A stretch of 64,000 bases of DNA from contig NC_043000.1 in the NCBI RefSeq assembly GCF_006345805.1, positions 15,500,001 through 15,564,000 of the forward strand, read 5' to 3'. The notes under the pieces are model-generated. The model saw nothing but the letters and a program-made list of their open reading frames with translations, was not told the origin of the DNA and did not search any database. The DNA is from Octopus sinensis. Taxonomy: Eukaryota. Below, one piece after another: positions 1 to 9,524 of the stretch (positions within the stretch are counted from its first letter, which is position 1; each line of letters opens with the position of its first letter). The position numbers and the translations under genes were made by a program.

Positions 1-112
1 TAGTGTTGACTTATGATCAAAAGCATTCCAGCTGTGACCACCTGGCATTTTTTTAGACATAGTCTGTCAAGGATTACACTATTTAATGTGTCTTACGAAC
101 ATAGTATATCTT

Positions 113-374
113 CTTCTTCTTGTAAATGTGCCCTTTTAAAGCCTAGCCAGGTTCATGGGCCCAGTTTCCTGGTTTCTATGGCATATGTGCTCCCCAGCTG
201 GACGGGACGCCAGTCCATTGCAGCGTTACTCATTTTTGCCAGCTGAGTGGACTGGAGCAACATGAAATGAAGTGTTTTGCTCAAGAACACAACGCATCGC
301 CCGGTCCAGGAATCAAAACCATAATCTTACAATCATGATGCTGATACCATAACCACTAAGCCACGTGCCTCCAC
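113..374 (-). mobile_element. tRNA-derived SINE (head H2 + tail D)
   Basis: Reverse complement has A-box/B-box-like head (TGGCTTAGTGG ... GATTCC) and a CORE-like body (TTGAGCAAAACACTT..CTCCAGTCCACTCAGCTG). (TTC)n tail; TSD ATAGT(A/T)TATCTT at 101-112 and 375-386. Sister copy at 35379-35632. Confidence 0.85.
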
Positions 375-857
375 ATAGTTTATCTTGAGCTACATTACTT
401 AATATCTTTCAAACAGTCTCTTTAGGACTACAGTCTTTAAGGTATATTTCAGTGATAGTCTGTCTAGGACTAGATTATTTAATGTGTTCTACAGACATGG
501 TGTACCTAAGATTATATGATTCAGTGAATCCTATTTTTTTTAAATAGTAGGGTGTGCTTTGAGGAAGATTTCACATCTATTTCTAGCAGGCTAAACAACA
601 GCATAGAGCAAGTGTTCCCAACATGAATGTTAGGATTGTAAGATTGTAAGATGGTATTTTAGTTGCTGCAACAAAGAAGGAAAATATATACTTTATTAAA
701 ATCACTTTACACTATAGAATTATCAACGAGCTCTTAGAATATATTTATTCTATTAAGCACTCCAAGAACTTTGTTTTCCTGTATCTGTAGACTCAACCCT
801 TTAACAGCAGAGCACATCAACTGATGATCTGCAAAACATCTCATCCTATGGGTTTCA

Positions 858-1422
858 TTTACTCTTTTACTCTTTTACTTGTTTCAGTCATTTGACTGTA
901 GCCATGCTGGTGCACTGCTAAGTTATGGGGACATAAACAAACCAGCACCTGTTGTCAAGCTGTGGTGGTGGTGAGGGGAACAAACATGGGACACACATAT
1001 ATATACATGCATATATATATTTCTTTACTGCCCACAAGGGGCTAGACATAGAGGGGACAAACAAGGACAGACAAAGGGATTAAGTTGATTACATCGACCC
1101 CAGTGCGAAACTGCTACTTTTTTAATCAACCCCGAAAAGATGAAAGGCAAAGTTGACCTCAGCGGAATTTGAACTCAGAACATAACGACAGACGAAATAC
1201 CGCTAAGCATCTCACCTGGCACGCTAACGTTTCTGCCAGCATATATGCATGCACATATATGAAAGGCTTCTTTCAGTTTCTGTCAACTGAATTCACTCAC
1301 AAGGCTTTGATCCGTCTGAGGCTAAATAGTAGAAGACACTTGCTCAAGGTGCCATGCAGTGGGACTCAATCCTGAACTATGTGGTTGGAAAGCAAGTTTC
1401 TTACCACATAGCTACACCTGTG
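858..1422 (-). mobile_element. SINE A (CORE-like tRNA SINE) with internal deletion and nested SINE B at 1021-1240
   Basis: Matches the other SINE A and SINE B copies in the window; SINE B sits in the central CA/TA microsatellite of SINE A. Confidence 0.85.
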
Positions 1423-1734
1423 TTGTTAATTAATATTAGTTATCTATTGTTATTATGTGTTATTTATTGCTATTAATTACCTGTAGTTATCTAATAATAG
1501 TTATAAGTATTTAACAAGTATTCTTTGTATCTACTAACTATAACAGCTAACAACTGCAGTAAGTTATAATATCCAACTAGAGAACCTCCATGCCAGTGGT
1601 TTACAACCTTTTCTATATCCTGCACATCTACATAATTTTTTAATTCATTTTGGCACCCCCTACAGAGTAATATCTTCATTTGAAGATGAAGGAGTCAATT
1701 TTTTAATAGATAATTAATTTTGTTTTTAATTAAA

Positions 1735-2022
1735 CCCTTTGTCTGTCCTTGTTTGTCCCCTCTATGTCTAGCCCCTTGTGGGCAGTAAAGAAATATATAT
1801 ATGCATGTATATATATGTGTGTCCCATGTTTGTTCCCCTCACCACCACCACAGCTTGACAACAGGTGCTGGTTTGTTTATGTCCCCATAACTTAGCAGTT
1901 CAGCAAAAGAAACCAATAGAATAAGCACCAGGCTTTAAAAAAATAAGTCCTGGGGTCAATTCATTCAAATAAAAATTCTTCAAGGCAATGCCCCAACATG
2001 GCCACAATCTAATGAGTGAAAG
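1735..2022 (+). mobile_element. Chimeric SINE B tail + SINE A 3' half; first 165 bp are an exact inverted copy of 914-1078
   Basis: Base-by-base reverse-complement comparison. Confidence 0.85.
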
Positions 2023-2057
2023 AATTTTAAATTATATAAAAAAAACAATAGCTAACA

Positions 2058-2283
2058 AATAATAATCCTTTCTAATTTTTGCACAAGACCAGAAATCTTT
2101 TAAGAGATGGGGTACCTTGATTACATCAACCCTGGTGTTCAAGCAGTACTTGATTTATCAATCACGAAAAATGAAAGATAAAGCTGACCTCTGCAATGTT
2201 TGAAGTTAGAACACAAAATGCCAAAAGAGATGCAGTTAGGCATTTGTCTGACCTGGGCACAATTCTGTCAGTTTGCTGCCTTA
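2058..2283 (-). mobile_element. Degenerate SINE B (tail type B2)
   Basis: Diverged match to the SINE B body (GATAAAGCTGACCTC..GAAGTTAGAAC). Confidence 0.6.
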
Positions 2284-2295
2284 AGATAATAGATG

Positions 2296-2337
<42 letters not shown>

Positions 2338-2339
<2 letters not shown>

Positions 2340-2979
2340 CTCTGGCTGCCCAGTCCTGGCTAAGAAGGATTATATTTACAGACATGACAGAGTTGGGACC
2401 TACATACACTGGAAGCTATGCCAACATTATGGAATAACAACAGAAAAAAGATGGTATAGGCACACACCAGAAAATGTTACAGAAAATGAGAAAGCAACCA
2501 TATTCTGGGATATGCCGATACACACAGATAGAGAAATTAAGGCCAACAGACCAGATATAATTGTCAGAGATTATGAAGAAAAAAATGCTTTCTAATTGAT
2601 GTATCAATACCAGCAGATGACAACGTGTCTCTAAAAGAAATTGAGAAACTTTCAAAATACAAAGACCTGGAAATAGAGGTAACCAGAATGTGGAATCTAA
2701 AAACAGAAACAATTCCTATCATAGTAGGTGCATTAGGCATGATAAAAAAATATTCAGACAAATACATAACAAAAACACCAGGACTTACAAACACATATAA
2801 CATACAGAAAATTGCACTACTAGGCACTGCACACATCCTACGTAGAACACTTTCCATACAATAACCATCAGAGCATCACAACAAATCACAGCACATACCC
2901 AAGGCACACAGAGCTGCTCGGTAGTGAAGTGAAAGCACGCTATAAAAATAAAACTACTGAAGAATAATAATAATAATAA
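2338..2979 (+). mobile_element. 5'-truncated R4/Dong-like non-LTR retrotransposon (C-terminal RLE endonuclease), frameshifted
   Basis: ORFs 2293-2595 and 2625-2864 join across an A-run frameshift. They give SGCP..RHD, NRPDIIV..D..K..KY and IQKIALLGTAHILR motifs typical of RLE domains. Flanked by (TAA)n on both sides. Confidence 0.9.
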
Positions 2980-3383
2980 ACTAAAACAATACCTGTTGTC
3001 ATAGGTGCCCTGGGAATGATAGCAAAAGGGGGTGATTGCTACCTAGCTCAGATACCAGGAAACCCCAAAATGGTAGAAATTCAAAAGATAGTGCTCATGG
3101 GAACTGCTCATATCCTACGCAAAATACTTTCTATGTAATCTCAAGTTTTAAAACAAACACATAATTTTCTTATGGTTTCTTAAACATTCACTAGTACAAC
3201 ACTATGTACAAAACCAAATATATGGCACCCTAGGCAGAACACCAACATGAACTTCCAACTTGTCTCTTGAGGTCTCTGGTTGAGACTTGGAGCCAACTTG
3301 TGCAAATGCAAAGCAAAAGTCAAACATAAAATAATAATAATAGTAATACTACTACTACTAATAATAATAATGATAATAATAAT
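2980..3383 (+). mobile_element. Second, different R4/Dong-like 3' end with 3' UTR and (TAA/CTA)n tail
   Basis: Translates as KTIPVVIGALGMIAK..EIQKIVLMGTAHILRKILSM*, a paralogous RLE C-terminus. Confidence 0.85.
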
Positions 3384-3389
3384 TTCAAA

Positions 3390-3563
3390 GTTTTTCCGCA
3401 AGGGTAGCTTGGGGGAGGGGGTTAAGTCGATTACATCGTCACCAGTGCGTAACTGGTACTTAATTTATCGACCCCAAAAGGATGAAAGGTAAAGTCAACC
3501 TCGGCAGAATTTGAACTCAGAACATAGTGATGGGCAAAATACTGCTAAGCATTTCGCCTGGTG
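3390..3563 (-). mobile_element. SINE B, followed by (GAT)(AAC)(AAT) microsatellite to about 3650
   Basis: Body motif GTACTTAATTTATCGACCCC..GATGAAAGG.AAAGTC shared with other copies. Confidence 0.8.
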
Positions 3564-4148
3564 TGATGATGATGATGATGATAACAACAACAACAACAAC
3601 AACAATAATAATAATAATAATTATAATGATAATGATAATGATAATGATAGTTACTTCAATTCAAGTTTTTCAATTCCCTGTCTTTTTTCCTCAGTTTATT
3701 ACCCTGATATTGGATTACTAAATTAATACGCAATAAATATCATTGTTCATGAAGACTAAATTCTCACATTGTCTGTCACAAGGTTTCAGATTTTCATGGG
3801 AAGTGTAAAATTACTTAAACTAACCCCAGTACATGTACGGCAGTTATTTTATCTAACCTCTGACAAGGATGAAAGAACTTAACAACCACAGGAATTAGAA
3901 CACAAGACACAGAAGGATGTTTAAAACTTTGGTGTCAGTCCAGTAATTTTAAGGGCGGGATAATCAGCTCTAAAAAGATGAAAGGTAAAGTTGCTCTTGG
4001 TGGAATTTGAACCCAGAACGCAAAGAGTCAAATGAAATTCTGTTGAGCATTTAGATAGATATAACTAAATACCACAGCCCATTTATCTCATTGTTCTAAA
4101 ACAACTCATTTCTGTCATTCACTTTTTTTTAACTCTTAAATTCCAAAC

Positions 4149-4370
4149 ATAAAAATAATTAGGGAGATGTACTCGCATAGCAAGTGATTTGATCTGAGAT
4201 CGTGTGCTGAAACGAAAACAATTGCAGCATGGAAGGTGTTTGTAAGCCATTTAAGAAACACACAAAAGCCGTTCGATTCACTTCAACATTAAAGTTTAAT
4301 TTGTCAAAAAATTTTCGTTGCTAAAATCCGCGACCTGTTCACTGATAAAAATCCGTGCTGCGGAAAATAA
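4149..4370 (+). repeat. Interspersed repeat (probable DNA-element fragment); inverted homolog at about 7300-7432
   Basis: GATCTGAGATCGTGTGCTGAAACGAAAACAATTGCAGCATG..TTCACTTCAACAT recurs reverse-complemented at about 7300-7432. Confidence 0.55.
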
Positions 4371-4628
4371 TGTTTTCTTAAATTTATTTTCATTCTCAAA
4401 CATACCAAATAATAAATGTTTGAATTAACAGTTAACAGTCTTTGTGTAATTTTGAATGGTTAATATGTGTCTTCCATGCTTTAATTGTTATTTTAAAATC
4501 ATTTTCCAAATATTTTCAATGAAAATATTTAGCATCAAAAATAAAAATAAACAAAATGATTGTCAACAAACTGACAGGTAAGCTGAATAATTTGACAGTC
4601 ATAATGAGAAAAAAGCAGAATTTCTTAC

Positions 4629-4698
4629 CTTTAGAAAAAACGGTAACAAATGAGCAGGTTAACAGGATAAGGAACCCTCTTACTACAGAGTATGGCAT
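4629..4698 (-). CDS. Candidate first coding exon of a secreted protein (signal peptide MPYSVVRGFLILLTCSFVTVFSK, phase-1 intron)
   Basis: ATG at 4698; 70 nt = 23 codons + 1 nt; hydrophobic core after an Arg; donor AAG|GTAAGA at 4629/4628; TATA box about 80 nt upstream; lies in non-repeat sequence. Confidence 0.55.
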
Positions 4699-4774
4699 CT
4701 CTCTTCTGGCTCTTACAGATGTAGTCTTCTCAGTAAGTCTTAAAAGTCCTATGTCAATCTCACCTAAAGTGCCG

Positions 4775-4805
4775 GCTTTATATATACACCAATGATGTGC
4801 CAATC
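4775..4805 (-). promoter_or_regulatory. Putative TATA box (TATATATAAA, about 4777-4786) with adjacent CCAAT motif (about 4800-4804)
   Basis: Position relative to the candidate signal-peptide exon; motif match only. Confidence 0.4.
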
Positions 4806-5189
4806 ATCAGCTTTCACCCAGTCGAGGTGGAATCTCTTTCTTTCTCCCTTTCTGTCTCTCTCTTCATCCTATCTCTCTCTCCTTGTCATTCTTGTCCCCC
4901 ACCTCTCTCTCTTTCTCTCCCTTGCTCCTTTTACTTCCTGTTCTCCACCACATACACAGGGATCTTGCTGCAGAGTCCATGGCACTAACAAGTACAGCCA
5001 ATTTAGTCTAGCCTTGGTGTATCCATAGCAACACTTATGTGACCAAAAATACCATTTATCTGAAGCTATTACAAGAAAGTCAACACTAACTGTCACACTT
5101 TGCAGAGCCTTTCTCAAGGAGTTTCATTTAGATTTTAACTATTTTAACTCTGTAAATAATAACACTATGAAATAATCACACACATTTTG

Positions 5190-5267
5190 GCTAGCTATAT
5201 ATATAAGTATATATATATATATAATATATATATATATACATATGCATATATGTGTGTGTGTGTGTGT

Positions 5268-5332
<65 letters not shown>

Positions 5333-5381
5333 CTGTGTGTGTGCGTATGTATGTATGTATATATATATATGTATGTGTATG

Positions 5382-5413
<32 letters not shown>

Positions 5414-5492
5414 TGCATATTTCCATTCATCTATAGATGCATACATACATATGTATATACATACATACATACATACATACATACATACATAC
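5190..5492. repeat. Compound microsatellite (TA)n/(TG)n/(CA)n/(TACA)n
   Basis: Seen directly. Confidence 0.95.
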
Positions 5493-5596
5493 GTAATCAT
5501 CATTACCACCATCCTCATCCACCTCTTCCTCCACCACACCACATCCCTCTTCCACTTCTTTCTTCCCCTTCTCCCCTTCCTCACCCTTCTCATCAT

Positions 5597-5836
5597 CAAC
5601 ACCATTTTAATGTCCTTTTTCCAATGTTTGTATGGGTCAGACAGAATTTACCAACTCAGACATTCTACAGCTGAATGCCCTTCCTGTTGCTAACCCTCAC
5701 TCAGTTCTAAGGAAGGTCATATTTCCCCATGGCCAGAAATGTTTTCATGGAACATTAGAAATGGATGATACAGCTTGTATGATACTCATTAACAACTACC
5801 ATGTGATACGAAGACAAAGAGACACTAATATACATA

Positions 5837-5870
<34 letters not shown>

Positions 5871-6070
5871 ACACACACATGCATGCATATATCATCATAT
5901 ACATCTTCCATGCTGGCATGGGTCGGATGATTTAACAGGAATCACAGGGTCAGAGGACTGCATTGTACTCTGATATCTATTTTGGCATGGATTCTACAGC
6001 TGGATACCTTTCCTAACACCAACTACTTCATATTGTATACTAGGATCTTTTTTCATGGCACCAGCACTAG
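5597..6070 (-). mobile_element. Two old RTE-3'UTR-type fragments (about 5597-5700 and 5905-6070)
   Basis: Retain TTCTACAGCTG.AT.CC.TTCCT..C.C.AAC, the reverse complement of the conserved RTE tail motif at about 12118-12148. Confidence 0.55.
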
Positions 6071-6220
6071 TGAGAGACCACACAGCTTGTAATATTAAGA
6101 TCCCAGATTCCTTTTAGTTTTTGTCCACCAAATCCACTTTTAAGGCTTTATTCAAAATGTGACATGCATTCTTCAGTTTTCACTTTTTTATTCCCTATAC
6201 ATTTGTCATTTTACACATTA

Positions 6221-7022
6221 GGTGCAGGAGTGGCTGTGTGGTAAGTAGCTTGCTTACCAACCACATGGTTCCGAGTTCAGTCCCACTGCATGGCACCTTG
6301 GGCAAGTGTCCTCTACTAAAGCCTTGTGAGTGGATTTGGTAGACAGAAACTGAAAAAAGCCCATCGTATATAGGTATATGTATATATGTGTGTGTGTGTT
6401 TGTGTGTTACTTGACAACCGATGCTGGTGTGTTTACGTCCCTGTAACTTAGTGGTTCGGTAAAAGAGACTGATTGAATAAGTACTAGGCTTACAAAGAAT
6501 AAGTCCTGGGGTCGATTTGGTTGACTAAAGGTGGTGCTCCAGCATGGCCACAGTCAAATATATAGGTATATGTATATATGTGTGTGTGTGTGTGTTTGTG
6601 TGTCTGTGTTTGTCCCCCCAACATCACTTGACAACCGATCCTGGTGTGTTTACGTCCCTGTAACTTAGCGGTTCGGTAAAAGAGACTGATTGAATAAGTA
6701 CTAGGCTTACAAAGAATAAGTCCTGGGGTCGATTTGGTTGACTAAAGGTGGTGCTCCAGCATGGCCACAGTCAAATATATAGGTATATGTATATATGTGT
6801 GTGTGTGTGTGTGTTTGTGTGTCTGTGTTTGTCCCCCCAACATCACTTGACAACCGATCCTGGTGTGTTTACGTCCCTGTAACTTAGCGGTTCGGTAAAA
6901 GAGACTGATTGAATAAGTACAAGCTTACAAAGAATAAGTCCTGGGGTCGATTTGGTTGACTAAAGGTGGTGCTCCAGCATGGCCACAGTCAAATGACTGA
7001 AACAAGTAAAAGAGTAAAGAGT
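6221..7022 (+). mobile_element. SINE A with internal tandem triplication of its 3' half (about 220 bp units)
   Basis: One head (GGTGCAGGAGTGGCTGTGTGG) followed by three near-identical 3' halves at about 6370-6558, 6559-6776 and 6777-6993, and one tail. Confidence 0.9.
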
Positions 7023-7534
7023 ATTACTTTGAAATTAACTCTCAGATATTGCACACATTTTTTTTTTGCTGTGAAGTAAATAAGATTAAAGAAGTGGGAG
7101 ATTAAAATATTTATTTTTGTCAAAAGTATAATTTAGAGATTCAAACGAATGCTGTGTGGTTGTTGCTAGAAGCATAGAAAAGCAATGAAAACCATCAGAG
7201 TGCCGACAAATGAGTAAACCAATCAATCAAACTTAATTAGAGGATGAATATAAGGTTGGACAGTAAATATAGGTTTGAATAAACAGTGTAGTGAAAGATA
7301 GAATAGACTCACTTCAACATTTTTAGATGTTGAAGTGAATCTAATTTTTTTTTTCCTTTTGTGTGTTTTGTTAAATGGCTTATAAACATGCTGCAATTGT
7401 TTTTGTTTCAGCTCACAATCTCAGATCTCAGATGCAAGAAAATCTCCAAAAATAGAATAGTTATATGAAAAAGAAAGAATTCTGAAAGTGAGAAATATAC
7501 ATACGTGTGTGAGTATATATATATATATATATAT

Positions 7535-8144
7535 TCCTCGATTTCAGCATGCCGTGTATATATTGTGAATGTATATTATAAATATGGTGATTGACAATTT
7601 AAAGTCTATTCTCAGCATATTGGCATAGAAATATTTTTTCTTTTGCCCTCGTTTATAAATTGTTTATAATTTTCACCTTTAAAGGTATTTTAATATGCTG
7701 CCACTTTTGATGAAATTTTTTTCTGAAAAAATTTTATCCTATATTAGTAGAAAATTTATTATCATTCACTTCGGGACTGGTAACCACTATAAGTTGTGGT
7801 TCATGGTCAGTCACACCTGTGCTGAGGCTTGCTAAAGGATTTTATATTTAGATATAACTGGTGTACTCATGACTCTTTCTTCTGCTTTTTTCCATGGGTG
7901 TTTGTATGCATTTCATATATTTCTTATCGTATTTTCTACTGAAGAGGAAAAAATCCGTAGGAATAATCCCAAAATTGATTCAATATAGAAATAAAGAATT
8001 TAAAAAAAATTCTGTTAGCTTGCCTTCCTCGATTTCAGCACGATGTGTATTTATAGTGAATGTATATTGTAAATGTGGTGATTGATGATTTAAAGTCTGT
8101 TCTCAGCATATTGGCATAGAAATATTTTTCTTTTGTACTTGTTT

Positions 8145-8150
<6 letters not shown>
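7535..8150 (+). repeat. Diverged direct repeat of about 130 bp (7535-7670 and 8023-8150)
   Basis: TTCCTCGATTTCAGCA...TTCTCAGCATATTGGCATAGAAATATTTTT occurs twice. Confidence 0.75.
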
Positions 8151-8179
<29 letters not shown>

Positions 8180-8183
<4 letters not shown>

Positions 8184-9491
8184 GAAGGTTTGAAAATGCA
8201 ATTTTAAAAGATGTTTATTTACTTGACCGGTTTCACTTTTTTAGAAAAAGATTGTCAAAAGTAACATGTAAAAGCTTTGTTGTGTTAGGTACTGGTTGTC
8301 ATAAAATATTACAATACATATATACATTCTCTGATAATGATAAGAACATGTTAAAAACAGTTTACAAGTAAAATCTTGGGAAAATATAAAAAAGTTCATT
8401 AAAATATTGGACACAAAAAATTACAATACATATATACATTCTTTGATAATAATAAGAAAATGTTAAAAACAGTTTACAAGGGAAAATCTTGGGAAAATAT
8501 AAAAAAGTTCATTAAAATATTGGACACAAAAAATTACAATACATATATACGTTCTTTGATAATAATAAGAAAATGTTAAAAACAGTTTACAAGGGAAAAT
8601 CTTGGGAAAATATAAAAAAGTTCATTAAAATATTGGACACAAAAAATTACAATACATATATACATTCTTTGATAATAATAAGAAAATGTTAAAAACAGTT
8701 TACAAGGGAAAATCTTGGGAAAATATAAAAAAGTTCATTAAAATATTGGACACAAAAAATTACAATACATATATACATTCTTTGATAATAATAAGAAAAT
8801 GCTAAAAACAGTTTACAGAAAAAATTTTTTTGAGAAATTATTAACAAGTTCATAAAACCTATTCGGATTTCATTCGAAATCATGTTTGTTTGGAAGTATC
8901 TATATATATATATATATTTCTTTACTACCCACAAGGGGCTAAACACAGAGGGGACAAACAAGGACAGACAAAGGGATTAAGTTGATTACATCGACCCCAG
9001 TGCGTAACTGGTACTTAATTTATCGACCCCGAAAGGATGAAAGGCAAAGTCGACCTCGGCGGAATTTGATCTCGGAACGTAACGACAGACGAAATACGGC
9101 TACGCAGGTCGCCCGGCGTGCTAACGTTTCTGCCAGTATATATATCTATATATATACACAGAAAATTATAAGTTCAAATTTTTTAACCTTTTTGAACTTA
9201 TAATTTTCTGTGTATATATATAGATACTTCCAAACAAAAATGATTTCGATTGAAATCCTAATAGGTTTTATGAACTTGTTAATAATTTCTCAAAAAATTT
9301 TTTCTGTAAACTGTTTTTAACATTTTCTTATTATTATCAAAGAATGTATATATGTATTGTAATATTTTGTGATAACCAGTACCTAACACAACAAAGCTTT
9401 TACATGTTACTTTTGACAATCTTTTTCTAAAAAAGTGAAACCGGTCAAGTAAATAAACATCTTTTAAAATTGCATTTTCAAACCTTCTTTC
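8180..9491. mobile_element. Palindromic foldback/MITE in (TA)n; 113-bp tandem array in left arm; SINE B (8917-9137, minus) near centre
   Basis: Termini GAAAGAAGGTTTGAAAATGC.. and ..GCATTTTCAAACCTTCTTTC are reverse complements over about 300 bp; TA flanks; ATTGG recurs at 8406, 8519, 8632 and 8745. Confidence 0.85.
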
Positions 9492-9524
9492 ATATATAAT
9501 TCCACTCGTTCAGTACCTTACAAC

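Noticed and set aside
734-828. Possible exon 2 for the signal-peptide exon (phase-1 acceptor TTTTGCAG; (D)HQLMCSAVKGLSLQIQENKVLGVLNRINIF*)
   Set aside because: Weak polypyrimidine tract and unrecognisable peptide; such a 30-codon frame is expected by chance in 4.6 kb.
5139-5693. Long ORFs over CA/TG/TA microsatellites (also at 13.5-14.6, 16.4-16.6, 22.3-23.3, 23.5-23.8, 26.8-27.2 and 32.1-32.4 kb)
   Set aside because: Dinucleotide and trinucleotide repeats lack stops; the products (CVCV, YIYI, HTHT, poly-D/M/T) are artefacts.
8340-8810. CRISPR-like array (also considered 6370-6995, 57211-58232 and 58582-58980)
   Set aside because: Units are fully repeated with no unique spacers, there are no cas genes, and the context is eukaryotic.
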